Shown: positions 14,333 through 24,188 of the stretch, one piece after another
How the letters are laid out: every line of letters starts with the position of its first letter
Position numbering within the stretch: position 1 is the stretch's first letter
Assembly (NCBI GenBank): GCA_913041665.1
Contig: CAJWKT010000001.1
Coordinates: 1 to 52,655, forward strand
DNA from: an uncultured Gammaproteobacteria bacterium
Lineage (GTDB): Bacteria > Pseudomonadota > Gammaproteobacteria > Steroidobacterales > Rariloculaceae
Length of the DNA stretch: 52,655 nt
Direction of reading: 5' to 3'
The notes under the pieces: generated by a model
What the model saw: only the letters and a program-made list of their open reading frames with translations
The model's database searches: none
What the model was told of the DNA's origin: nothing
Translations under genes and position numbers: made by a program

Positions 14333-16392
14333 GTAGCTGTTAGCTCAACAGAATCGATCCCGCTTTGACGCAGAAGAGGCTTGAGACTAGGGGGCCTATT
14401 TCGGAAATCCACAAAGGCGTCTAGAGCATCATGAGTGCCACCAACGGCAAGAATACACCGGCGAAAGCGTTCTGCAGTATCCGGGTCAAAATTTCCTTGC
14501 TCTTCAAAAACTGAGAAAGCATCAGCGGCAAGTACTTCAGCCCACTTGTAACTGTAGTAGCCAGCCGCATATCCTCCTCCAAAAATGTGGGAGAATGAAT
14601 TCGCGAAGCGATTATAAGAAGGCGGTGCTAGGACAGATATCTCATTTCGCACTTCTGCTAGGATTTTTTCAACCTGTGATCCAATGGACGAATCATATTC
14701 CATGTGAATGCGGAAATCGAACAACGCAAATTCCAGTTGGCGGGCCATGCTAAGACCTGACAAAAAGGTTCTTGATGCATTCAGTTTTTCAAGTTTGTCT
14801 GTCGGTAATGGCTCGCCAGTTTCATAGTGGCTCGATATCCAGGGCAAAACCTCTGGAAGCCAAGCGTAATTTTCAAGGAACTGACTAGGAAGTTCTACTG
14901 CATCCCAGGCTACTCCGTTAATTCCAGATAACGAGGGATAATCAACTTCAGTCAGTAGGTGGTGCAGGCTATGCCCGAACTCATGAAATAGGGTAGTAAC
15001 CTCCTGATGTGTGAGCAGTGAGGGATCATTTCCAACGGGTGGGTTGAAATTACATACCAGATGGGCTACGGGTTTTTGGTTTAGTCCCTGTAATTTGGCT
15101 TTCACCAAACATTCATCCATCCAGGCGCCACCGCGCTTGTTGGGGCGAGCGTAAAGATCAGTAAAAAAACTACCGATAAGCTTGCCATCCTTCTCCTGAA
15201 TCTCGTAGAAGTTTACAGTCGGGTTCCAGATATCCACGCCTTTTTTTGGTTTTATCTTCAACCCAAACAGATGTTCCGCAACCTTGAACAAACCCGACTG
15301 AACTTTGTGCAAGGGAAAATAGGGACGTAACTCGTCCTCTGCCAAATGGAAGCGGTCTTGTTTTAGCTGTTCGGCATAAAACGAGATATCCCACGCAGAG
15401 AGCTTTTCTCCGGCGTAGTCGGTAAGTTCGGCGAATTCCCTCTCTGCTAGTGGTCGGCTTTTCAGGGAGAGACCCCTCAGAAACTCCATGACCTCGTTAG
15501 GAGATGCGGCCATTTTAGTATCAAGAGAAAGTTCTGCGTAGTTACCAAAGCCCAACAACAGGGCCGCCTCATGACGAAGGCCGAGAATCTTTTCGATAAG
15601 TGGGCGATTATCCCATTGCTGAGCACGGGAGTTTTGATCAGAAGCACGAGTGACCCATGCTCGGTAATACAATTCCCTTAACTCCCGTGATTGGGCATGC
15701 GTCATTACTGCTGCGTATGTCGGGGGGTCTAAGAGTAGAGCCCAGCCCTTGAGATCCTTGTCTTTGGCAGTTGCTTTCGCACGACCCAGAACTACCTCAG
15801 GTATTCCAGCTAGCACCTTTTGGTCTTCAGTGTGATACTGAAACGCGTCCGTCGCGTCCATAATATTTTGTTCAAATTTTGCTTGTCTTTGAGCAAGTTC
15901 CTGCATTATGGCCTTAAATCTTTTTTTTGATTTTTCAGGAAGTCCCACACCGCCAAGGCGAAAATCCCGTAATGCATGAGTGACGAGTTGCAATTTCGCT
16001 TGGCCATCTTTTGGACCAAGCTGCTTTTCAAGCTGTAGAAACCCTGAGTAGAGCATTTTGTTTTGACTTAGCTCGCTCCTGAAATCCGTGATCATCGGTA
16101 GACATTCATTGTATGCATCTCGAAATTTAGGGGTAGAAAGTACAGCGTTAAGATGTGAGACGGGTCCCCAGATCCTGCCCACTTCTTCCTGAAGGTACTC
16201 CAAATGGAGCGCCCACTCGAAAGAGTGAGTATCCGGTTGTTCTAGTTGTTTTAGAGTATGTCGCTGTTGTCGAAGAACATGTTCTAGTGCCGGCTTGATG
16301 TGTTCAGCTTTGATTGCGGAGAATCTAGGTAGTCCGTTTTGGTTTAAGAGCGGATTTGTCGAGCTTGACATAGGTTTTTCGCTGTCTGTCAT
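14329..16392 (-). CDS. prlC: Oligopeptidase A (M3 family)
   Basis: 687 aa with the HEFGHSLHH zinc-binding motif. Length and overall pattern fit PrlC. Confidence 0.9.
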   Translation of the reverse strand: MTDSEKPMSSSTNPLLNQNGLPRFSAIKAEHIKPALEHVLRQQRHTLKQLEQPDTHSFEWALHLEYLQEEVGRIWGPVSHLNAVLSTPKFRDAYNECLPMITDFRSELSQNKMLYSGFLQLEKQLGPKDGQAKLQLVTHALRDFRLGGVGLPEKSKKRFKAIMQELAQRQAKFEQNIMDATDAFQYHTEDQKVLAGIPEVVLGRAKATAKDKDLKGWALLLDPPTYAAVMTHAQSRELRELYYRAWVTRASDQNSRAQQWDNRPLIEKILGLRHEAALLLGFGNYAELSLDTKMAASPNEVMEFLRGLSLKSRPLAEREFAELTDYAGEKLSAWDISFYAEQLKQDRFHLAEDELRPYFPLHKVQSGLFKVAEHLFGLKIKPKKGVDIWNPTVNFYEIQEKDGKLIGSFFTDLYARPNKRGGAWMDECLVKAKLQGLNQKPVAHLVCNFNPPVGNDPSLLTHQEVTTLFHEFGHSLHHLLTEVDYPSLSGINGVAWDAVELPSQFLENYAWLPEVLPWISSHYETGEPLPTDKLEKLNASRTFLSGLSMARQLEFALFDFRIHMEYDSSIGSQVEKILAEVRNEISVLAPPSYNRFANSFSHIFGGGYAAGYYSYKWAEVLAADAFSVFEEQGNFDPDTAERFRRCILAVGGTHDALDAFVDFRNRPPSLKPLLRQSGIDSVELTAT

Positions 16393-16504
16393 CAGTATTA
16401 TCTACAATTAAAAGACGGAATCTAGCACACCGTTGAATTTTTGGGGCGGTGAGTAAGGCCCCGTCCTGTTAAGCTCTTTGCGCGGAGATTACAGGGTCTT
16501 TCCA

Positions 16505-17851
16505 GTGAAAACATATGATTTAATTGTTTTGGGTGGTGGCAGCGGAGGCCTTGCCGCGGCCCAGCGCGCAAAGGAGTATGGAGCCCGTACGGTGGTTTTT
16601 GAGCAAGGGGCACTTGGTGGGACTTGCGTAAACGTTGGTTGTGTCCCGAAAAAGGTGATGTGGAATGCCGCGCAGATTGCTCATGCCGTTGAAGATGCGG
16701 CCCACTACGGCTTTCATGTCACGGCCCAAACACATGATTGGCTAGCACTCAAGCGAGGTCGGGATGCATACGTAAATAGACTATCCGAGATGTATCAGAG
16801 CAATTTGGAGAATAAATATATTGATCTAGTGCGTAGCCCCGCTCGTTTTCATAGTAAAAACGAGATTTTTGATGCCCAAGGCAATACGTATCGCGGGGCG
16901 CATATCGTGATTGCTACTGGAGGCTACCCTAGGATTCCTGACATTCCTGGGGCGAGCTACGGCATTACGTCGGATGGCTTTTTTGATTTGGAGGAATTAC
17001 CGCCACGGGTCGCGATTGTAGGGAGCGGATACATTGCTATGGAGCTAGCCGGAGTTTTTAAAGCCTTAGGCAGTGAGGTTAGTTTGTTTATGCGATTCGA
17101 TCGGATGCTTCGCTCTTTCGACGAAATGATTTCAGAAAGGGTCATGGCTGATATGCAGGAGCAGGGAATTAAGTTGGTGACAGAGGCTACCCCAGGCGCA
17201 GTGGAAGCAGGGAATGGGTTGATACTAAGTACAAGGGATGGACGACATTTCAAGGGATTTCAGTGTGTTCTGTGGGCAATTGGCCGAGCCCCAAACACAG
17301 GGAATTTGGGGCTCGATTCAACCGAAATCGAACTTGATGACCGGGGATATGTATTGGTGGATAAGTATCAGAATACGAGTGCTGATGGAGTCTATGCCAT
17401 TGGGGATGTGACCGGCGTGGCAGCGCTTACTCCCGTTGCAATTGCAGCGGGGCGACGTCTTGTAGATCGCGTGTTTGGGGGTCAAGCTGACCGACACTTA
17501 AGCTATGAAAATATTGCTTCAGTTATTTTTTCTCATCCTCCTGTCGGAACCGTGGGCTTGTCGGAAAAAAAGGCCAGGGAGTATTATAAAAACAGCCTGG
17601 TGCGCGCTTACAAGTCAGAATTTGTTCCTATGTATCACGCTTTGACAATTGACAAGCCGCTTAATGCCATGAAGTTAGTGACCGTTGGTGAAGAGGAGCG
17701 TGTGGTGGGGTGCCACGTAGTTGGTGCAGGCGCCGACGAAATGATTCAGGGGTTTGCCGTGGCAATATCGATGGGAGCCCGCAAATGTGATTTCGACGAT
17801 ACCGTAGCTGTTCATCCGACGGGCTCTGAGGAATTAGTGCTTATGCGCTAG
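16505..17851 (+). CDS. gor: Glutathione-disulfide reductase
   Basis: GGGSGG FAD motif, redox-active GGTCVNVGCVPKK and C-terminal HPTGSEELV. The likely start is GTG 16505 (VKTYDLIVLGGG); the track ORF opens at TTG 16478. The 3' end overlaps convergent aroE by 11 nt. Confidence 0.9.
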   Translation: MKTYDLIVLGGGSGGLAAAQRAKEYGARTVVFEQGALGGTCVNVGCVPKKVMWNAAQIAHAVEDAAHYGFHVTAQTHDWLALKRGRDAYVNRLSEMYQSNLENKYIDLVRSPARFHSKNEIFDAQGNTYRGAHIVIATGGYPRIPDIPGASYGITSDGFFDLEELPPRVAIVGSGYIAMELAGVFKALGSEVSLFMRFDRMLRSFDEMISERVMADMQEQGIKLVTEATPGAVEAGNGLILSTRDGRHFKGFQCVLWAIGRAPNTGNLGLDSTEIELDDRGYVLVDKYQNTSADGVYAIGDVTGVAALTPVAIAAGRRLVDRVFGGQADRHLSYENIASVIFSHPPVGTVGLSEKKAREYYKNSLVRAYKSEFVPMYHALTIDKPLNAMKLVTVGEEERVVGCHVVGAGADEMIQGFAVAISMGARKCDFDDTVAVHPTGSEELVLMR

Positions 17852-18704
17852 CAGGGGTATTTTCCAAAGCTGGCCCGGTTTCAGGCCGGAACCCCTTCCA
17901 GATGAGGAATGATTCAGCGGCTTGCTCCACCAGCATACCCCAACCGGAGCTGGTTTTTTCCGCCGAACACTGTCGGGCCCAGGCAAGGAAGGGCGTTTCT
18001 TTTGAGCTGTAAGCCAAGTCATAGCAAAAGCTTTTCGGTCCTGCACAACCTGTTGGGAAGGGTAGGATCTCTCCTTTCAATCCCGCAGAAGTAGCGTTAA
18101 TAAGCAAATCAAATGGATCCATGCCCTTCAGCTCCTCAAAAGAACAGGCATGCGGCAGGGCATTTTTGTCATCACTAATGTGTTTGACCAGTTTGTGGGC
18201 ATGGTCGATCGTGCGGTTTGCAATGACTAATTCGTTTGGTAGTGCATCCAGCAAAGGCCCCAAAATACCCCGTGTGGCTCCACCGGCACCTAAAATCAGA
18301 ATCCGTATTCCCGCCAGGGAATGGTTGTGGTTGATGGTAAGGTCTCGAATGATTCCAATACCATCGGTGTTGTCTCCACGAACACGTCCGTCGGGCAAGA
18401 AGCTTAATGTATTAACAGCGCCTGCCCGAGCTCCTTCTGGGCCGGTTTCGTCTGATAACCGGAAGGCAGATTCTTTATGGGGAACCGTAATGTTAAGTCC
18501 TTGTCCGCCAGTCGCCTTGAAATGTTCGACAGCCTCTTCAAAGTGAGCAGGTGCTGCATCGATGAGTTCGTAGCTCATTTTCTCGCCGGATTGATCAGCA
18601 AATAATTTGTGAATTACCGGTGAAAGACTATGTTCCACAGGATGACCAATCACTGCATATCGACTGAGGACTGTGTGTTCACTGTTTTTCATGAGATATC
18701 TCAT
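17841..18704 (-). CDS. aroE: Shikimate dehydrogenase
   Basis: YAVIGHPVEHSLSPVIH, GLNITVPHK and GAGGATRG NADP-binding motifs. The start may instead be the second ATG (MKNSEH, 18692). Confidence 0.9.
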   Translation of the reverse strand: MRYLMKNSEHTVLSRYAVIGHPVEHSLSPVIHKLFADQSGEKMSYELIDAAPAHFEEAVEHFKATGGQGLNITVPHKESAFRLSDETGPEGARAGAVNTLSFLPDGRVRGDNTDGIGIIRDLTINHNHSLAGIRILILGAGGATRGILGPLLDALPNELVIANRTIDHAHKLVKHISDDKNALPHACSFEELKGMDPFDLLINATSAGLKGEILPFPTGCAGPKSFCYDLAYSSKETPFLAWARQCSAEKTSSGWGMLVEQAAESFLIWKGFRPETGPALENTPASA

Positions 18705-18787
18705 TAAGTTCTATATTTAGATTTTCCACCGTTTTGGGTACCTTTTCCATATTGTCCGAGCCAGGCTGAGAAAGTGTGGTAAAGCGA

Positions 18788-19342
18788 TCAAGCTCGAAGA
18801 ATATCTCCAGTTTTTCCATCTCGGATGATTGTGGGGTTGGTAAGTGGACCAGGGGTTCCAGGTACTATGTAATCAAGTTCTGAGCCGAAGGCTGCGCGCA
18901 CCTGAATCACACGTTTCAGTGGTGGACAATTACCCCGGTTAGCGCTCGTAGAGATTAGGGGGCTCTCTGCGCGCTGGCAAAGGTTACGTGCAATGGGATG
19001 ATCGGTCACACGTACAGCAATAGTATTTCTGCCGCCAGTGATCCATGCTGGTGTCGCCAAGCGCGCTGAAAGTACCCATGTAACAGGACCAGGCCAGCTG
19101 GAGAGAATTTCGCTACTAAGGTGGCTTTTGGGAAAAACAACCAACTGTTCGATTTGGGCCAAGTCGGCCGCGATGAGGATCATTCCTTTATGCTGCGGTC
19201 TGTTTTTCATGGCCAAAATTCGATCTGCGGCAGCGCGGTGAAAGGGCAGACAGCCAATTCCAAACACGGCTTCGGTTGGATATGCCACCACACCCCCCGC
19301 AGCAAGCGCCCGGGCAGCGCGATTTATGTGAAAATCATACAC
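18788..19342 (-). CDS. tsaC: L-threonylcarbamoyladenylate synthase type 1
   Basis: VVAYPTEAVFGIGC, KNRPQHKGMILI and STSANRGN. At 184 aa it is collinear with E. coli TsaC/YrdC as recalled. Confidence 0.9.
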   Translation of the reverse strand: MYDFHINRAARALAAGGVVAYPTEAVFGIGCLPFHRAAADRILAMKNRPQHKGMILIAADLAQIEQLVVFPKSHLSSEILSSWPGPVTWVLSARLATPAWITGGRNTIAVRVTDHPIARNLCQRAESPLISTSANRGNCPPLKRVIQVRAAFGSELDYIVPGTPGPLTNPTIIRDGKTGDILRA

Positions 19343-19435
19343 AGCAACGATTCTTTTTGTGCAGGTCGTGTTTCATCGTGATGATTAGAATATCGATCGT
19401 GGCATTGGCCTCTGGCTGGTGGGTATGTCTTACGA

Positions 19436-21769
19436 TCAAGTCGTTTTCTTTTTTTTCTTTACCTTTTTCTTGGACCGGCGTGCGCTGCGCTCAGGTGCAG
19501 CTTCAAGCATCTGTTCACATTCAGTAAGTGTTAAGGATTTCGGATTTTTTTCTTTAGGGATTTTGGCATTCTTTTTTTTGTTCGTTATGTACGGGCCGTA
19601 ACGGCCATTGAGTATCTGGATACCCGCATCCGGGAAATCTTGGATGACTCGATTGGCGTCGAATATTTTTTTTTCTTCGATAAGTTCAAGCGCACGTGGT
19701 AAAGCAATCGTGTAAGGATCGTCGTCTTTAATCGATACAAATTTGTTGCCATAGCGCACGTATGGTCCGAATCGTCCGATGTTGGCTGAGACAGGCTCAC
19801 CATCAGGTGTTTCGCCTAAGTCCCTGGGTAAATTGAACAGAGCCAACGCCTCGTCGCGGGTGATGGTGTCCATCTTTTGCCCCGGACGCAGACCTGCAAA
19901 TAATGGCTTTTCTTCGTCATCCTTTGTGCCGATCTGAATGACCGGTCCGTAGCGAGCCATTCTCACGGTCATTGGACGACCACTCTTAGGATCATCACCT
20001 AAAGATCGTGCCTGATCCATGCGTGTAAGCGTTTTTCTGGCATGCTCGATTTGATCATGAAACGGTTCCCAGAATTCTTTGAGCAAAGGGATCCAGTCGC
20101 CTTCCCCTCTTGAAATAGCATCAAGGTCGTCTTCCATTTTCGCTGTGAATTCGTAATCGACGTATTGGGAAAAATTACCCGTGAGAAAACGGCTTACTAC
20201 TTTCCCAAGCTCTGTCGGTATGAATCGTCGGCTTTCCATCTCCACGTACTCTCGGTTGCGGAGCGTGGAGATGATGGATGCGTATGTGGAAGGCCGGCCT
20301 ATGCCACATTTTTCCAGTGTTTTGACTAGAGTTGCTTCTGAGTAGCGTGGTGGCGGTTCGGTGAAATGTTGTTCGCTCGACAATGCTTCTAAATTAAGGC
20401 GGTCGCCTTCCTCAAGTGGTGGCAAAACACGGTCTTGTTCATCGTTCACCATGTCATCCATGCCTTCTTGATAAACAGTCATAAACCCGGGCTTCACCAG
20501 CACTTGGCCCGTTGCACGGAAACTTGTATCCCTTTCTCGGTTTTCTCCAGGAAAGATGTCGAGCCCAACGGTATCAAAAATGGCGTTGCTCATCTGAGAG
20601 GCAATAGTGCGTTTCCATATCAGTTCGTAGAGTCGATGCTGATCCGAATCCAGTCGACTTTTCAGTTCCACCGGAGTTCTGGAAACTGATGTAGGCCTCA
20701 CCGCCTCGTGGGCTTCTTGGGCATTTTGGGTATTGGTTTTGTATGTTCGAGGCTCATCCGGCAGATTCTCCGGACCGTAACGGTCTTGGATCAGCGACCT
20801 GATTTCAGCCATAGCCTCGCCCGCTAGTGTTACCGAGTCGGTCCTCATATAAGTGATAAGGCCTACAGAACCATCACCGATATCAATGCCTTCGTAGAGT
20901 CGTTGGGCCGTCATCATAGTTTGTCTTGCGCTAAAACCAAGTTTGCGTGAGGCTTCCTGTTGGAGAGTAGAGGTTATAAACGGAGCAGTTGGCTTACGCT
21001 GTCTCTGTTTCTTTTCCACCTTGCCGACAGTTAGGATTCCCTCAGCTGAGGCTTTAATCACACCCTCGACTTCCCTGACGGTCTTCTCGTTAGTAAAGGA
21101 AAACTGTTTGGTCTTCTCCCCCCCGTACTTGGAGAGGCGCGCCCTGAAGACCTCGTCCTTGTGCTTGGCGATAGCGCCAATAGTCCAGTATTCCTGGGGC
21201 TTGAATGCTGAAATCTGGTCTTCACGTTCCACGATAAGACGTAGTGCTGGGCTTTGGACGCGCCCAGCGGACAGTTTTGGTGCAATTTTTTCCCACATCA
21301 GAGGCGATAGGTTGAAGCCGAAGAGATGGTCGAGGGCACGGCGTGCTTTGTACGCGTTAACCAGTGATTCGGAGACCACCTTGGGATGTTTAATTGAATC
21401 CTGAACTGCGCGCTTAGTGACGGCATTGAAGACGACACGGTGCACCTCTTTATCGGCCAGGAGACCGCGTTCTTTGAGTATTTCTTGCACGTGCCAGGCG
21501 ATAGCTTCCCCCTCACGGTCGAGATCAGTTGCAAGGTAAAGTGTTTTGGCCTGTTTTACGGCTTTCGTGATTTTCGCGAGCTGTTTTTTGCTGTCCTCGC
21601 TGATTTCATAGTTCATCGCGAAATCTTGATCAGGAATCACAGCGCCCGTCTTGGAGACCAGATCTCTAACGTGCCCGTAAGTGGCAAGCACCTTAAAATC
21701 CGTGCCGAGATATTTCTCGATGGTTTTTCCCTTAGCGGGGGATTCGACTAGGACAAGATTCTTGCTCAT
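19436..21769 (-). CDS. topA: DNA topoisomerase I (zinc-ribbon-free C-terminal domain, Lys-rich tail)
   Basis: TOPRIM N-terminus (LVLVESPAKGKTIEKYLG), the active-site region GLITYMRTDS, and GRPSTYASI. The C-terminal ~190 aa carries three GR(Y/F)GP(Y/V) repeats with a single Cys, and ends RRSKKKVKKKKKTT. Confidence 0.93.
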   Translation of the reverse strand: MSKNLVLVESPAKGKTIEKYLGTDFKVLATYGHVRDLVSKTGAVIPDQDFAMNYEISEDSKKQLAKITKAVKQAKTLYLATDLDREGEAIAWHVQEILKERGLLADKEVHRVVFNAVTKRAVQDSIKHPKVVSESLVNAYKARRALDHLFGFNLSPLMWEKIAPKLSAGRVQSPALRLIVEREDQISAFKPQEYWTIGAIAKHKDEVFRARLSKYGGEKTKQFSFTNEKTVREVEGVIKASAEGILTVGKVEKKQRQRKPTAPFITSTLQQEASRKLGFSARQTMMTAQRLYEGIDIGDGSVGLITYMRTDSVTLAGEAMAEIRSLIQDRYGPENLPDEPRTYKTNTQNAQEAHEAVRPTSVSRTPVELKSRLDSDQHRLYELIWKRTIASQMSNAIFDTVGLDIFPGENRERDTSFRATGQVLVKPGFMTVYQEGMDDMVNDEQDRVLPPLEEGDRLNLEALSSEQHFTEPPPRYSEATLVKTLEKCGIGRPSTYASIISTLRNREYVEMESRRFIPTELGKVVSRFLTGNFSQYVDYEFTAKMEDDLDAISRGEGDWIPLLKEFWEPFHDQIEHARKTLTRMDQARSLGDDPKSGRPMTVRMARYGPVIQIGTKDDEEKPLFAGLRPGQKMDTITRDEALALFNLPRDLGETPDGEPVSANIGRFGPYVRYGNKFVSIKDDDPYTIALPRALELIEEKKIFDANRVIQDFPDAGIQILNGRYGPYITNKKKNAKIPKEKNPKSLTLTECEQMLEAAPERSARRSKKKVKKKKKTT

Positions 21770-21826
21770 AGTTATTTGATGGCTGCCGACGGTTGCTTCA
21801 GCCGACTAAACCGAAGGACGTGAGTG

Positions 21827-22303
21827 TCAGTGTAGCCAGTCTGGGTCTTCAGCGAAAACTAAATCCTCCATTCGTTCATATTCTTGCTGTTGGTTTGGTT
21901 GACTAAAAAGAACCATCATGACCACCCACTTGATGTGTTCAATATCAATATCATCGGAATCAAGCGCCAGCAACCGATCAATAACTAGCTCTCGTTGTAC
22001 CGGCGAGAGAATACCGAGTTGTTCGAGGTGCAATAAATAGCCGCGGCATGAAGTGTTTAGACGTTCCTGTTCTGAACGATCAAATACCCTGAGGGTTGGG
22101 AAGTGGGTTGTCACGGAATTCGTCGTGATCTTAGGGGCCTTAAGTCCATCTAGCCATTCAAGCGCACGATCAATCTCACGATGTCTGAAACCCGCCCGTT
22201 CCAACTCCTCTCTCAGTTCATTTTTGTCGGGCTCGGACGTATCCTCGCTATCTACAAAGCACTCGAAAAGATACATGAGGACATCTAAAACGGTTTCCTT
22301 CAT
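21827..22303 (-). CDS. smg: Smg protein (DUF494)
   Basis: VLDVLMYLFE N-terminus, SCRGYLLHLEQ and IKWVVMMVLF. It is collinear with E. coli Smg as recalled. Confidence 0.9.
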   Translation of the reverse strand: MKETVLDVLMYLFECFVDSEDTSEPDKNELREELERAGFRHREIDRALEWLDGLKAPKITTNSVTTHFPTLRVFDRSEQERLNTSCRGYLLHLEQLGILSPVQRELVIDRLLALDSDDIDIEHIKWVVMMVLFSQPNQQQEYERMEDLVFAEDPDWLH

Positions 22304-22678
22304 TGAAGACCTCTTGGTTTGGCGGCGGTTGCAAGTTTTGCAAGCTCCTAGATCTCCCTCTTAACATTAGGAGCAGGTGCAGGCGCAGGAGCATGGAGGA
22401 AAGATTTGCTGTCGTCAATGAGGCCTGTTTTTTTCAGGCTCCCAATGTCAAAGAAGAAAAATCGATCATTCTAAATAGTTCAGGAACATTAGAATCGTTG
22501 ATTTTGACGGGTCGAGAAGGCGTCTCAAGTACTATTTTGTAAGAGATTTGGTGACTAGCAACAATTGCAAAAACATTATTCATGCGGTCAAATTTCGGAT
22601 ATAGGTATAGCCATAGCCCCATAAAATCAGGCAAAGTAGCGCCCAAGGCTGTTATTAAATAGATGTCGGTGTAACTGC

Positions 22679-23227
22679 ATGGCACTTCTTCCCATCCTTG
22701 AATATCCCGATCCTCGGCTCAGAATCCGGGCGGAACTAGTTGTGGAGGTGGATGAGACAATCAGCACTTTGGTGTCCGATATGCTTGAGACCATGTATGA
22801 AGCCCCAGGGATAGGGCTGGCTGCCACGCAGGTGAATATTCACAAACGCCTACTGGTTTTAGATATATCCGAAAAGCGCAATGAGCCATGTTGCCTAATA
22901 AACCCAAAAATACTGTCCCGGGAAGGGCAGATTGGCTATGAAGAAGGCTGCCTATCGGTTCCGGGGTTCTCTGAAGAGATTCAGCGGGCAGAGCGCATAT
23001 CAGTTGAGGCGCTGGACGAAAAAGGTAGCCCTCGTAAGTTTGAAGCGGAGGGGCTCTTTGCAGTGTGTATCCAGCACGAAATGGACCACCTTGAAGGAAA
23101 GCTTTTTGTGGATTACCTTTCCGAGTTAAAACGCCAAAGACTCAAGAAGAAGATCATGAAGCAGTCGAAGCAGTCCAAGGCTGACGCTGTTCGGGAGACG
23201 GGGAGATTGACGGCCCCCGTAATTTAG
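22679..23227 (+). CDS. def: Peptide deformylase
   Basis: All three motifs are present: [16 protein letters not shown] and HEMDHL. There is a basic C-terminal extension. Confidence 0.93.
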   Translation: MALLPILEYPDPRLRIRAELVVEVDETISTLVSDMLETMYEAPGIGLAATQVNIHKRLLVLDISEKRNEPCCLINPKILSREGQIGYEEGCLSVPGFSEEIQRAERISVEALDEKGSPRKFEAEGLFAVCIQHEMDHLEGKLFVDYLSELKRQRLKKKIMKQSKQSKADAVRETGRLTAPVI

Positions 23228-23249
23228 AGTCCTAATCAGGCGGGAAATT

Positions 23250-24188
23250 GTGAGCAGAAAACCGCGCATCGTTTTTGCGGGTACCCCAGAGTTTGCTGTA
23301 CCAAGCCTTAGGGTGCTTTCAGGCATAAAACCCACTTTAGTACTTTCACAGCCTGACCGCCCTTCCGGCCGTGGCCGGTCTGTAAAGGCTAGTCCTATTA
23401 AGCAACTAGCCCTAGATATGGGGGTACGCGTCGAGCAACCTGAAACGCTTCTCGACAAAAATTTGGCAAGACAATGGGGATCCAAGCCAGATCTTTTGAT
23501 TGTAGTGGCATATGGTTTGTTGCTACCCAAATGGATGCTTAGCTGGCCTCGCCTAGGTTGTGTGAATATTCATGCCTCTCTGTTGCCGCGCTGGCGCGGT
23601 GCGGCTCCTATTCAGTATGCAATTCTTGCGGGTGATGATGTTACGGGAATAACGATTATGAAAATGCAAGAATGCTTGGATGTAGGCTCGGTTTGTGGGC
23701 AAAGTGTGTTGAATATCGGTGCTCAAGAGACGGCGGGTGAACTGCATGATCGTCTTGCGGCTCTAGGGGCGGACGTATTGGATGAAATTCTGCCCGACCT
23801 TTTGCGTGGTGGCATAAAAGGTAAGGCGCAGGATGAAAAATCTGCAACCTATGCGCCAAAAATTACCAAGGCAGATTCGGCAATTGACTGGGGGTTGTCT
23901 GCTAAGGATATAGAAAGAAGAGTGCGTGCATTCAATCCGTGGCCTATTTCGGATTCATTACTTAGTGATGGGCGTCGTCTACGAATATGGCAGGCGAAGG
24001 CATTAAGCTCGAGAGTCAGCACTGCACCGGGGTCAGTAATAATGGCTGAGCGTTCAGGCATAGACGTAGCAACGGGCGAAGGAATACTGCGAATATTGAG
24101 GGTGCAGGAGCCATCGGGGAATGTTATGTCGGTGGAGGCGTATCTAGCCGCTCACCCACTTAAGGGAGCCGCTTTTGGTGGCAAATAA
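23250..24188 (+). CDS. fmt: Methionyl-tRNA formyltransferase
   Basis: IVFAGTPEFAVPSL and NIHASLLPRWRGAAPIQ; 312 aa. GTG start, in the conserved position after def. Confidence 0.92.
   Translation: MSRKPRIVFAGTPEFAVPSLRVLSGIKPTLVLSQPDRPSGRGRSVKASPIKQLALDMGVRVEQPETLLDKNLARQWGSKPDLLIVVAYGLLLPKWMLSWPRLGCVNIHASLLPRWRGAAPIQYAILAGDDVTGITIMKMQECLDVGSVCGQSVLNIGAQETAGELHDRLAALGADVLDEILPDLLRGGIKGKAQDEKSATYAPKITKADSAIDWGLSAKDIERRVRAFNPWPISDSLLSDGRRLRIWQAKALSSRVSTAPGSVIMAERSGIDVATGEGILRILRVQEPSGNVMSVEAYLAAHPLKGAAFGGK

Noticed and set aside
22434-22685. An 83-aa minus-strand ORF in the smg-def gap as a possible DprA or LysM/TsaP remnant.
   Set aside because: I could not align it convincingly to LysM (YxVxxGDTLxxIA) or DprA motifs. 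Its start would overlap the def start region. The gap is kept only as a finding about the missing dprA.
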